64,000 nt of DNA from Bacillota bacterium (lineage in GTDB: Bacteria > Bacillota > Bacilli > Paenibacillales > UBA4045): contig JAEZQY010000067.1 in assembly GCA_023441055.1 (NCBI GenBank), positions 150,246 through 214,245 of the forward strand. The letters run 5' to 3'. The notes below the pieces were generated by a model. The model made no database searches. It was not told the origin of the DNA and saw only the letters and a list, made by a program, of their open reading frames with translations. A program made the translations under genes and the position numbers. Below, piece by piece: positions 38,281-48,138 of the stretch (positions are counted from its first letter, which is position 1; each line of letters starts with the position of its first letter).

Positions 38281-39681
38281 TTACTTCCGTTTCTCCGCTA
38301 GATCAGCCGAGAGTTGAAGGGTGCGCTTCTTATTCAAGGGATACAAGAACACCATAATCAGCAGGATGAGAACGTACATAATCCCTGGAACCAAGGTTGC
38401 TAATGAATAGATGCCATCAAGCGTCTGGGAGCTCTGCACTTCTAATGCCGAATTATATCCAACGGCTCCCAACGCGAACCCGCCAACTCCCCCGGCAATG
38501 GCTTGACCTATTTTACGCGCCATCGAATAAATCGAATAAACGGTCGCATCTTCACGTAGATCCGTTAAATATTCATGATAATCAATCACATCTGTAACGA
38601 ATGCCCACACCACCAAATTAAAGAAGCCCATGGCGAACATACCGATCGCGGAGATAGCCACAAATTCAATAGCGCTTAAATCCTGGAAGATGTAGAGAAG
38701 CAGATAGACGCCGCCTGCTAGCGCCATCCCCACAGATGCGAGCTCTTTCTTACCATATCGGTGAACAAGAGGCTTGACGAGCGGAGTCGCCAGGAACACC
38801 GTTGCAGCTTGTACAAAACCAATGACACTCAACATCGCCGTGTTGTTGAAGAAGTCCTTGAACAGGTAAGCGTTAACGGTACCGATAAGCATCATATTAA
38901 TCATGAATATCAGCGATGCAGTAAGGATCCAGATTAATGGCTTGTTCTTGACCAATCCGATCATCGTTCTACCAATATTCTTCTTCTGATTAGCAGAGTC
39001 CGGCGCAACAATACGCTCCGTGGACAGCTTATAACAGGCTAAGTAACAGGCGATCGCTAATACGCCGAACATAGAAGCCGCCATGAACATACGATCGGCA
39101 TCCATCTTATTGTCCACGAATACGATTAACGGTCCGAGCACATTAATAATTAAACTGGCTAGCATAGCCCCCATCGTTCTCCACGTCGATAATGTCGTCC
39201 GCTCGACTGGATCAGCCGTAATGACGGATGCCATCGAGCCGTAAGGGATATTCACGGTGCTATATAAGGTTCCCCATACAATATAAGTGACGAAGGCCCA
39301 GGCCAGATAGAAGCCATCGGTCATGCCCGGAATCTTCACAAACATTAGTACACCGGACAACACCAGAGGGAAGGACATTCTCAGAATCCATGGCTTGAAT
39401 TTCCCATGTTTCGTAGATTTGCGCGTATCGATGAATCGCCCCCATGCGAAATCCGCTACAGCATCCCACAATCTGGCTACGAAGAACAGGATCCCCACCG
39501 TCTCAGCGCTGATATGAAAAATATCCGTGTAGTAGACCATTAAGAATGCGCTGACTAGTATAAAGAAGAAATCATTGCCGAAATCGCCGAATAAATAGCC
39601 AAACTTATCTCTCGCCCCGAAAGGTCGTGCCGTCTTAACGTCGTGTAATGGTGTCTCTAATGTGCGTTTAGAATGACCCAT
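38281..39681 (-). CDS. GPH-family glycoside/glucuronide:cation symporter
   Basis: 12-TM MelB/UidB-like protein with DxxGxxxxW-type N-terminal motifs (RLWDAVADFAWGRFID). The ATG at 39681 with GGAGG upstream is preferred. Lies immediately downstream of uidA. Confidence 0.85.
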   Translation of the reverse strand: MGHSKRTLETPLHDVKTARPFGARDKFGYLFGDFGNDFFFILVSAFLMVYYTDIFHISAETVGILFFVARLWDAVADFAWGRFIDTRKSTKHGKFKPWILRMSFPLVLSGVLMFVKIPGMTDGFYLAWAFVTYIVWGTLYSTVNIPYGSMASVITADPVERTTLSTWRTMGAMLASLIINVLGPLIVFVDNKMDADRMFMAASMFGVLAIACYLACYKLSTERIVAPDSANQKKNIGRTMIGLVKNKPLIWILTASLIFMINMMLIGTVNAYLFKDFFNNTAMLSVIGFVQAATVFLATPLVKPLVHRYGKKELASVGMALAGGVYLLLYIFQDLSAIEFVAISAIGMFAMGFFNLVVWAFVTDVIDYHEYLTDLREDATVYSIYSMARKIGQAIAGGVGGFALGAVGYNSALEVQSSQTLDGIYSLATLVPGIMYVLILLIMVFLYPLNKKRTLQLSADLAEKRK

Positions 39682-39819
39682 TTTATATTCCTCCAAACAT
39701 CTAGGGTTGAAAGCGCTTAAACACTACTTAACAAAATAAACCTAATTATAAACGACGTGGTGTTAAGTTGACTAGCTGCCCCTAGTCAATAAGTGAACAG
39801 GGGCAGCTCCAGCATATGA

Positions 39820-41634
39820 TTACTTCTTATAACCTAGGTGAGGAATGGCATTCCAGCGTTCACTCAAGTAGCGGACGACCATCTTCGGCTCTCTGGCTCT
39901 GGTGAAGACGCCCTTCTTATTACCTTGAACTCGGACAATCCCGAACTTCGTCTGGAAGTCGGCGAAATTCCACAATTGCTCACCGATAAAGTTAGGAATC
40001 TCATCGAACACCTTGCTGTTCATCCGGTAATAATCCTCTTGGTATTCTTCACTGAACGGTTCTCCATATGCGCTATGGAATCCGGCAACGGTATCGGCGC
40101 CATATTCCGTATACATGATCGGCTTATCCGGGTACATCGACTGCCATTCCAGCAGTTCTTGCCGCGTCTTGGTCTCAGCCGTCTTCAGATCACCCAGCTG
40201 CACATACCAGCCATAGTAGCGGTTCAATGCAATCACATCGACTAGTTCTGTACACTTGTCTGCCTTAGGCAGAGCCAGCATAATATTGACGAATGTACAA
40301 GGACGGTTTTGCGGGTCAAGCTCACGAGCCAGTGCGAACAAGGGTGCAAAATACTCATACGAGCCCTTGGAGAAGCTGGCAGGCTCATTGGCAATCGACC
40401 ACATGACTACACATGCATGGTTCTTGTCACGGGCGATTAATTCACGGATGACTTGTTCGTGTGCGTCCTTGGTCTTCATCGTCACCCAAGTGTCATCGTC
40501 AACGTCTCCGCCCTTCTCGAGAATCGACACATCAAAGTTGAAGCTTGAGAACAAGCCAACAGCTGGCGTCTCATCAATGACGACGATCCCTTCGCGGTCA
40601 CACAGGCGCATCATCTCCTCGGAATACGGATAATGCGAGGTGCGCAGTGAGTTCGCTCCCATCTTCTTCATCAATTTAATGTCATGCACATTATAGGCTT
40701 CATCCAGGCCGCGTCCACGGATATAGGAATCCTCATGCTTACCGAAGCCCTTGAAGTAGAAGGCCTCGCCGTTGAGCAGGAATTTGCCCCCTGTCACTTC
40801 AATCTTGCGGACACCGAATGGCTCCTCATAGACATCTAGCAGCTTCCCATCCTGATAGCCTTCCACTCTTGCCGTATACAGATAGGCATCAAGCGGCTGC
40901 CATAGGCGCGCGTTCTCGATCTTCACTTGTGCATCCGTACCTGAAGTCGAAGCAACAACCTGTCCTTGTTCATCGAGAATGGTCACCTTGACCTCATCGA
41001 ACGCGCCGACTGTGTCTACCTTCAAGCTGACATCAGCCTCTCCGTTAGCCAGATCCACCTGCGGTACGATGACAATGTCTTCGATATAGCTGCGCGGTGT
41101 GGTATACAGCTTCACTGGGCGATGCAGCCCTGCATAGTTGAAGAAATCAAAGTTCTCGTCCACTTTACGAACAAGCTTGCCGTCTTCATCGGTCTTCTCA
41201 CTATAATTGCCGACAGGCAGTGTCGTGTAATCTAGCAGATTGCTGACGCGTACCGTTAATCGATTCGAGCCTGCTGCCAGCACCTCATTAATCTCAGCCT
41301 CGAATGGGGTGAATCCGCCCTTATGATGCATGACGAATTTGCCATTCACATAGACCCATGCTTCATGGGTTGCCGAGCCGAAGCGCAATACAATTCGCTC
41401 TTCATGCAGGGGCTGAGCTACGGTAAAGTCTCTCTCATACCACACATATCCGTTATGCTGACGAATCTCGGCCAGCACTGCTTGATCATTGAATGATGCC
41501 GGCACCGCCATCAGCTCCTGGGTTGGCAGCGGCTTGCTTACATCGTGCTCCTTCGCCTCATCGTCAATCATGAACTTCCAAACACCGTTAAGATCGATCA
41601 CCACACGGCTATTCGTCGCAATTGGGTATAACAT
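39820..41634 (-). CDS. uidA: Beta-glucuronidase (GH2)
   Basis: 604 aa with WSIANEP (acid/base) and MYTEYGADT (nucleophile) motifs in UidA spacing. Confidence 0.93.
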   Translation of the reverse strand: MLYPIATNSRVVIDLNGVWKFMIDDEAKEHDVSKPLPTQELMAVPASFNDQAVLAEIRQHNGYVWYERDFTVAQPLHEERIVLRFGSATHEAWVYVNGKFVMHHKGGFTPFEAEINEVLAAGSNRLTVRVSNLLDYTTLPVGNYSEKTDEDGKLVRKVDENFDFFNYAGLHRPVKLYTTPRSYIEDIVIVPQVDLANGEADVSLKVDTVGAFDEVKVTILDEQGQVVASTSGTDAQVKIENARLWQPLDAYLYTARVEGYQDGKLLDVYEEPFGVRKIEVTGGKFLLNGEAFYFKGFGKHEDSYIRGRGLDEAYNVHDIKLMKKMGANSLRTSHYPYSEEMMRLCDREGIVVIDETPAVGLFSSFNFDVSILEKGGDVDDDTWVTMKTKDAHEQVIRELIARDKNHACVVMWSIANEPASFSKGSYEYFAPLFALARELDPQNRPCTFVNIMLALPKADKCTELVDVIALNRYYGWYVQLGDLKTAETKTRQELLEWQSMYPDKPIMYTEYGADTVAGFHSAYGEPFSEEYQEDYYRMNSKVFDEIPNFIGEQLWNFADFQTKFGIVRVQGNKKGVFTRAREPKMVVRYLSERWNAIPHLGYKK

Positions 41635-41816
41635 GTCTAATCTCCTCCATGTCGTTGAAGAGCATTCTCCCCAACTTTATTTTCTTCTATTCGTTAAGTA
41701 ATAGTAAAAAGTATGAAAGGGCTTTTATTTCATTATAAAGAATGTTGCTTTATAATAAGGGTAATATTATTACTCTATTCGTAGAATATTTGCGTTTTTT
41801 GGGGAGGGAGATTCAG

Positions 41817-43043
41817 GTGGATGATGATAGATACCAATCGTTCATTCCCATATTGGACATCCTGCATACGATCACTAAGATGGATATTCGACTTGCGGAT
41901 GAAACTGGCAGCTTGCTCGTTCAGATCGTCAACCACACACTTCCAGCCGCGCTCGTACATGCCGAAGATGACTACGTGTCGATTCATGACGTACTGAAGC
42001 GGCATAAACCCGGTCACTATTATCCCCAGACCAATTCTTACGGACTAGCCTATATTGCAGCGGGGTTATGGCAGGAGCAAACGTTCTGCGGCAGTATTCG
42101 AATCGGCCCCTTCCTATCGCATGCACCGGTTATGGATTTAGTGAAGGATGTCATTCTGAACAACAATCTCCCGATCAGCGAGCGCACACAGCTGGAGCAC
42201 TTCTATGAGTCGCTGCCGGTGATTAGCGAGATCGAGCATCAGCATCTAGGTCAGCTGCTCGGTCATCTATGTCTACATAGTCAAATTCAAGCCGAGCCGA
42301 TTATAATGAAGGCTGACAAGCCGCTGCCGAACACCACGCTGCTCAAGTCGGCCCTTCAAGAGAATAAGGCGGTCATCGAACAGCGGTACAAGCACCAGAA
42401 TGAGCTGATTCATGCGATTGCCAGCGGGGATAAGCAGACGGTCAATCGTCAGATCACACATTTTACCGCGGAGATGGTAGAGTTCTCTGATCGTGTGCCC
42501 GGAAGCCCCATTCGCTCCTCCAAGAATATCGGCTTCGTGCTGAATACAATGTGCAGAATGGCAGCTGAGCGCGCAGGCGTCCATCCGGTGTATCTGCACA
42601 ACATCTCTGAACGCTTCGCGATTCAAATCGAGAAAACGTCTACGATTCCCCAACTCAAATCCTTGTATCTGACGATGGCGAATGACTATTGTGATCTCGT
42701 GATTAGCGTGTCTACCGGACACTATAGTCCTGTTGTCAAGAAGGCGGTCGATTATATCCTGCTCAATCTGGGAAGTCCATTGCCATTGAAGCAGATTGCA
42801 GCGCATGTCCACCTGAACCCTGCGCATCTGTCACGGAAGTTTAAGGCTGATACCGGCATGACGATCACCGACTTTATTAATCGCAAGCGGGTCGAGGAAG
42901 CCGCCCAATACCTGCAGAGAGGTAATATATCGATTACCGAAGCTGCGTTCATGGTTGGATTTAATGACCTGAATTACTTTAGCAAGGTGTTCAAGAAGGT
43001 CATGTCCGAGACCCCATCTCATTACGCTAGAAGTAGAATGTAA
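41817..43043 (+). CDS. AraC-family transcriptional regulator, divergent from uidA
   Basis: C-terminal double HTH (LKQIAAHVHLNPAHLSRKFK ... ITEAAFMVGFNDLNYFSKVFKK). The GTG at 41817, preceded by GGGGAGGGAG, is preferred over 41742. Confidence 0.8.
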   Translation: MDDDRYQSFIPILDILHTITKMDIRLADETGSLLVQIVNHTLPAALVHAEDDYVSIHDVLKRHKPGHYYPQTNSYGLAYIAAGLWQEQTFCGSIRIGPFLSHAPVMDLVKDVILNNNLPISERTQLEHFYESLPVISEIEHQHLGQLLGHLCLHSQIQAEPIIMKADKPLPNTTLLKSALQENKAVIEQRYKHQNELIHAIASGDKQTVNRQITHFTAEMVEFSDRVPGSPIRSSKNIGFVLNTMCRMAAERAGVHPVYLHNISERFAIQIEKTSTIPQLKSLYLTMANDYCDLVISVSTGHYSPVVKKAVDYILLNLGSPLPLKQIAAHVHLNPAHLSRKFKADTGMTITDFINRKRVEEAAQYLQRGNISITEAAFMVGFNDLNYFSKVFKKVMSETPSHYARSRM

Positions 43044-43061
43044 CTAGAACGGAGCATAACG

Positions 43062-44447
43062 ATGAGCAAGCGGAATCTACCTGTTGAAATAAATTCGACC
43101 TACCACGCTGAAGTTGTCGGCTTGAACCATGACGGTGAAGGGGTAGCTCGTGTGAATGGCTTCACGCTGTTCGTCGAGGGTGCACTGCCCGGTGAGAAGA
43201 TTGAGGTTCAAGTCACTAAGCTGAAGAAGCAATACGGACATGGCAGGCTGAAGCGGATTGTGGCAGCCAGCCCAACCCGCGTGCAGCCGCGCTGTCCGAT
43301 CTATGACGCATGCGGCGGCTGCCAGCTGCAGCATCTGGATTATCCAGCTCAGCTGGAGGCTAAGCGGCAGCAGGTTGTAGATAGTCTCGCCAGGATTGGC
43401 AAGATCACTGATGTCATCGTGCATCCGACCATTGGCATGGAGGAGCCGTGGCGTTATCGCAATAAGACGCATGTACCTGTGGCCTTGGAGCAGGGGCGGT
43501 TAATCAGCGGATTCTACGCAGCGAGCAGTCACGATATTGTGGAGACCGATCAATGCTTGATCGGACATGAACGCGGGGATGAGATCATCGCGGTCGTGAA
43601 GAGACTGGCAGAGGAGCTGGGGATCTTGGCTTATAATCCGCAGACAGGTCGGGGCCTGCTCCGTCATGTCATCACGCGTGTCGGCTTCCATACCGGCGAG
43701 GTCATGGTTGTGCTCGTCGTGAACGGCGAGCGCCTGCCGAAGCAGGATGAATTTATTGGCCTGCTTACGATGGAGCTGTCCGGCCTCACTAGCGTATGCC
43801 TGAACGTGAACACTGATCCATCCAGTGTGGTCATGGGAGACCGCACTATCGTGCTGTGGGGCGAAGAAACGATCCGCGACTATATCGGCGGGATCGAATT
43901 CGCTATCTCCGCCCGTTCCTTCTATCAAGTGAACCCGCTTCAGACCGAACGGCTGTATGCGAAGGCGCTGGAATACGCTGGGCTAACTGGTGTAGAGACC
44001 GTGATCGATGCGTATTGCGGAATCGGCACCATCTCCTTGTTCCTCGCCCAGCAAGCGGATCATGTATATGGCGTGGAGATTGTGCGTGACGCCATTGAGG
44101 ATGCCAGGCGCAATGCCCGATTGAATGGGATGCGCAACGTCACATTCGAAGCCGGTAAGGCCGAGGTTGTCATCCCGCGCTGGCGCCAGCAGGGCATAGA
44201 AGCCGACGTCATCGTCGTCGATCCGCCACGCAAGGGCTGCGACGCGCAGCTGCTGCAGACCATCATCGAGATGCAGCCTGCGCGGGTCGTCTACGTCTCG
44301 TGCAATCCCGCAACGCTGGCGCGCGACCTGCGCGTGCTGGAAGATGGCGGGTACCGCACTGTCGAGGCGCAGCCGGTTGATATGTTCCCGCATACGGGGC
44401 ATGTAGAGGTTACAGTGAGACTTGAAAGAAAAGATACAGTCCAATAA
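43062..44447 (+). CDS. rlmD: 23S rRNA (uracil-C5)-methyltransferase RumA/RlmD family; last ~12 codons supplied by inserted DNA
   Basis: TRAM N-terminus, Fe-S Cys cluster (CPIYDACGGCQLQH), SAM motifs (DAYCGIGT, DPPRKG, YVSCNP). The C-terminus ...DMFPHTGHVE|VTVRLERKDTVQ deviates from the family tail after HVE. Confidence 0.9.
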   Translation: MSKRNLPVEINSTYHAEVVGLNHDGEGVARVNGFTLFVEGALPGEKIEVQVTKLKKQYGHGRLKRIVAASPTRVQPRCPIYDACGGCQLQHLDYPAQLEAKRQQVVDSLARIGKITDVIVHPTIGMEEPWRYRNKTHVPVALEQGRLISGFYAASSHDIVETDQCLIGHERGDEIIAVVKRLAEELGILAYNPQTGRGLLRHVITRVGFHTGEVMVVLVVNGERLPKQDEFIGLLTMELSGLTSVCLNVNTDPSSVVMGDRTIVLWGEETIRDYIGGIEFAISARSFYQVNPLQTERLYAKALEYAGLTGVETVIDAYCGIGTISLFLAQQADHVYGVEIVRDAIEDARRNARLNGMRNVTFEAGKAEVVIPRWRQQGIEADVIVVDPPRKGCDAQLLQTIIEMQPARVVYVSCNPATLARDLRVLEDGGYRTVEAQPVDMFPHTGHVEVTVRLERKDTVQ

Positions 44448-44455
44448 ACTGTATC

Positions 44456-45987
44456 TTAATTCGGGGGGGAGAGGATTGGAGAGATTGTAATTAATCTTAA
44501 TCTTTCCATCCTCGAATACTTCGATTGTTTGGATAAGCCTTTGGAGGAATTGCTTCTATACCTGTTCATCGCTAATGTCGAGGTCAATAAAGCGTTCAAC
44601 TTCCTTCTTAAAGGCTTCATTGCGTTCCGCGAGGTTATTTCCTTCATCTAAGGCTACAATTAGTTCTGCCTTCTTATTCAGATATTCTTGTTGTTGGTGG
44701 GCGTTACGCTCGTTCTGATGCTTGAACTGGTCTGAATTGATTGTCCCGTCAACATGTAAAGTCAGTAGCTTATCAAATCGAATATCGAGTTCTCTTAGTT
44801 GCTTCTCTACACGTTAAGTTCTCTTTGAACTTGAGACTGAACAGCCAAGGATTTTTCTTCTGCAATTCCGTAAAGAGTATCGATCTTCACAGTATCCTTT
44901 ATCAAGGCTTTCAGGTCATCTTTGACAACCTGTAATAGGACCTTTTCCTCAATGATGTGAGAAGAGCAATATGAGGAATTTTCACATAGCCGCCGCATAC
45001 ATATGCACCTTTCCGTCTATCCGGTTTAAAGTGCATACCGCTTCCACAGTCAGGGCATTTAAGGATATAAGAGAATAAGCTTTCATTGCCATTGCTCTTG
45101 TGTTTGCCTCTCTTTTTCATTTGTTCTTGAGCGGCAATAAAGTCATCCTCTGTTATAAGAGCAGGATGTGAGTTCTCAATGACAACTTGTTCTTCTTTAT
45201 TGATCTTACGTCTAATCTTGTAAGTCTCAGATGCGGCCAATAAACTCGTTGTTTCTTCTTGATGAAATACTTGTTTACCCGTATAGACTGAATTAGACAA
45301 GATACCTTTAATCGTGTTTTGATGCCATTTCTCCCCTGCGTTTGCCGCCCCTGAATGTGTTCTCGGTGTAGGAACACCTCTGCGCATAAGGAGATTACTA
45401 ATGTTAAACATACCCATACCGTCATACAAATAAAGCCTGAAAACCTCCTTTATGATGGGGGTGGCTGTCTCGTCAACTTCCAACTTTTTAGAAATGGGAT
45501 TGGTACGGTACCCGTAAGGAGGTACAGATACAATTCGGTTTCCTTGAGTTGCACTAGACTTAAGCCCCCATTTAATCTTGTTGGAGAGGCTTAAGTTATC
45601 CTCTTCAGCTAACACCGCTTTTAGATTAAACATCAATCTGCTCTTGCTTGTTTGGGTATCGTAGCCATCCTCAGGAAAAATAAGCCTTATATTATTTCTT
45701 TCCAAAGTGTCAGCAGTATTAAGGCTATTAACAGTATTTCTACCTAACCGTGAAACGGACTTTGCGATGACAACATCAAACTTCTTCTTTTTAGCATCAT
45801 CCATTAATCGCAAAATCTCAGCTCGATTCTTAATACCTGAACCACTTATTCCGTTGTCAATGTACCGTTCAATTACTGTAAAGCCCTGTTCCAAAGCAAT
45901 GCTTTCCGCTAAGGCAACTTGATTCTGAAAGCTGTTCCTCTGTTCATCTCTCTTCGTGCTTACTCTAGCATAGATAGCATACTTCAT
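44456..45987 (-). pseudogene. Large serine recombinase, disrupted by at least one frameshift and two stops
   Basis: The N-terminal resolvase domain is intact (YARVSTKRDEQ..., catalytic Ser), as are the recombinase domain and Zn ribbon (CPDCGSGMHF...YVCGGY). The reading frame then jumps near 44975 to the frame giving SSHIIEEKVLLQVVKDDL. It is stopped at 44807 and again by the TAG at 44567-44569. The remaining C-terminus (...LIQTIEVFEDGKIKINYN) lies in the same frame beyond that TAG. Confidence 0.8.
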
Positions 45988-46139
45988 TGTTTTGTCACTC
46001 CTTCCATGTGTGAAGGAATGACATTTGCTCTATCATCATCGTTCTTTTTGGCTTCAATAGTGTCAATCTGATGGTTTAGTAGTGAGGATAAAATTTCCTC
46101 TAAGGATGTTGTACCTTCGAATGTGCGTTCAACTTTCAT
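45984..46139 (-). CDS. Small hypothetical protein translationally coupled to the recombinase gene
   Basis: The ATG at 46139 is preceded by GGGGG. MKVERTFEGTTSLEEILSSLLNHQIDTIEA...; the stop overlaps the recombinase ATG (ATGA). No recognised domain. Confidence 0.4.
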   Translation of the reverse strand: MKVERTFEGTTSLEEILSSLLNHQIDTIEAKKNDDDRANVIPSHMEGVTKQ

Positions 46140-46757
46140 TGTTGATTCCCCCTCTCGGGCTAACAATCGCGCTATGGTGGGGAAACGTTGCGACACATTT
46201 TTATTCCTTTGAGGGTGGCGGAGAAGATAGTCTTAACCGATTCAGCCACATATTTATTTGAAATTTATCCGTTATGGTTTATCTATTGAGATTTAATTGA
46301 ATTGCTTTGCATCCTTTGATTTCCCACCCCTTCGGGGTGGGGTACGTCTTCATGTGGTCGCTCCGCTCGGGGGCTCCGCCTTGATTTTTTAGATTATTTA
46401 TTTCATGGAAACACAGGTGGGTAAGGAAACATAATTCCCCTTAGGGGAATAAGAAACACATGTGGGTTTAGGTTTCCTACATGACATCAAGCGTGCTCAG
46501 GTACGGCTTTACCACGCGCATGATAAACATGCTCTGTCATGAATCCCTCGCTTTAGGCCACCGTGACGGGGCTACAAATAATTGTAATATCTGAGGATGA
46601 AGCACAACTTCAAATCAAATACCTGTCCATTTAACGGGGCAACACCTACTTGTGAACGCAGGGGCGGTTATTTTAGGTGTGCTACCGCAAAGCCACGGGC
46701 AAAGCATTTTATGAGTTTGTAATAATCATCGTTATTAGTTTTTGAATTGTTGCGACA

Positions 46758-47016
46758 CTACAAGAAGATAGAATCGGTATTATAACCTTTGTCCTGCAAT
46801 ACTTCTTTTAAGTGGGCTTCATCAGTCCAATATGGATATTTGCCCCATGCTTGAATATGACTAGGAACTCGTTCAACTTCTAATTCCCCGTTCCTTACCC
46901 AATTCCATACGGTTTCCTCGGTAAGAAACCGCCCCGATTGCAGTATGGATAGTTTAAAGGTTCAAATAATAAGCCACTTCATCAATCCTCATCAGTCTGT
47001 CACTTCGGATAATCAT
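46758..47016 (-). pseudogene. Excisionase/HTH-like gene broken by a frameshift or stop
   Basis: MIIRSDRLMRIDEVAYYLNL* is followed in the +1 frame by ...GRFLTEETVWNWVRNGELEVERVP..., a typical Xis/MerR-like HTH. That frame has no usable start. Confidence 0.4.
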
Positions 47017-47398
47017 GTTATCACCTCTTTAGATTTGGTCTATGACATTATAAGAATAAAGGTGTCATGTCTTAACAAAGAGTGGGTAAAGATTTCAACC
47101 ACAAATATCTGTAAATAAATGCGAGAAAGCGAAGGTAACCAATTAGTCCATCTAAATGATGGTATCTTGTCATTTTTGATACAAGGTATTAATAGAGATT
47201 GCAAAAATCAGGTTAGAAGTGTCGACACATCAATATTGCAGAAGGGGAAATTCCACAAAATTTTATATGGAGCAACGAGGGTAAACCTTGTAATCTACAA
47301 AGAATGCAACTTACTAGGAACTGGGTAGGGGATTAATAATTTTAGTTGTGTGGTAAAATAAGTTAAGGTCGGCTAAATAAAGAGATGTTAAAGACGAA

Positions 47399-47739
47399 AT
47401 GAAAAAGCACAGGTGTCCTTGTTGTGGGTATCCCACTTTAGAAGAAAGACGTGCATGGGAAATATGTTGCTTATATAATTGGGAAGATGACGGGCAAGAT
47501 GACACAATGCGGATGAGATTTGGGGAGGTCCAAATGGAGACTATTCACTCACAGAGGCTAGAGAAAACTTCAAAAAGTTCCTAACCATGTATAGAGACAG
47601 GAGAAATATTTTAAGCCAAACAGATAAAGAGATTGAAACTAATAAAGCGATGATTGAAGCTTTTGTGAAGCTTAAAGCAGCCCCTGACGACTTAGAGTTT
47701 CAGTTTTGGCATGAGATAGAAAAGGGAAAGAGACATTAG
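47399..47739 (+). pseudogene. CPCC-family cysteine-rich protein gene with a frameshift near 47505
   Basis: MKKHRCPCCGYPTLEERRAWEIC..NWEDDGQDD continues in another frame as ADEIWGGPNGDYSLTEARENFKKF.... Confidence 0.5.
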
Positions 47740-47741
47740 AT

Positions 47742-48093
47742 GATCTAGTCCAAGAGAGCGCGGAACGCTATAGTATAAATGTAGAAAAATATCGTGAAAT
47801 ACTGAACCTTATTAACTCAGAAAAAACTGATGTAAAGGTGAAAGGACTTTTGTCATTAGCTTATAATGCTGATGATGGGGAGTTTGCTCAGGACTTAATG
47901 GTTCGATATAGTCAGCATTTAAACGAAACATCAGAGGGATAGCTATTCTATGTATTGGGCATATCGCAAGAATACATCGGAAAATTAACAAGCAGCTAGT
48001 TATGCCTATTATTACAGATGGTCTTAATGACAAAAGTCAGTTTGTTAGAGGACATTCACAATCAGCACTGGATGATATCAACATGTTCTGCTA
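47742..48093 (+). pseudogene. Start-less, frameshifted HEAT-repeat-like remnant
   Basis: Two consecutive frames read ...LSLAYNADDGEFAQDLMVRYSQHL...* and then IAILCIGHIARIH...ITDGLNDKSQFVRGHSQSALDDI. There is no start codon. Confidence 0.3.
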
Positions 48094-48138
48094 ATATGCG
48101 AATATTCCTGGTCTAAAGGCTAAGTAATCTTAAATACC

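Noticed and set aside
43983-44444. 153-aa minus-strand ORF, and other antisense ORFs within rlmD
   Set aside because: It is antisense to rlmD. It arises because the recombinase C-terminal frame happens to stay open into the rlmD antisense strand. It has no start context.
44456-44998. Short ORFs 44456-44647(-), 44741-44935(+) and 44807-44998(-) as separate genes
   Set aside because: They are better explained as out-of-frame pieces or shadows of the single disrupted serine-recombinase gene. The 44807-44998 frame continues the Zn-ribbon region.
47119-48033. Short ORFs 47119-47328(+), 47314-47505(-) and 47812-48033(-)
   Set aside because: They have no RBS or motifs. They overlap the frameshifted CPCC and HEAT-like remnants, which explain the region better.
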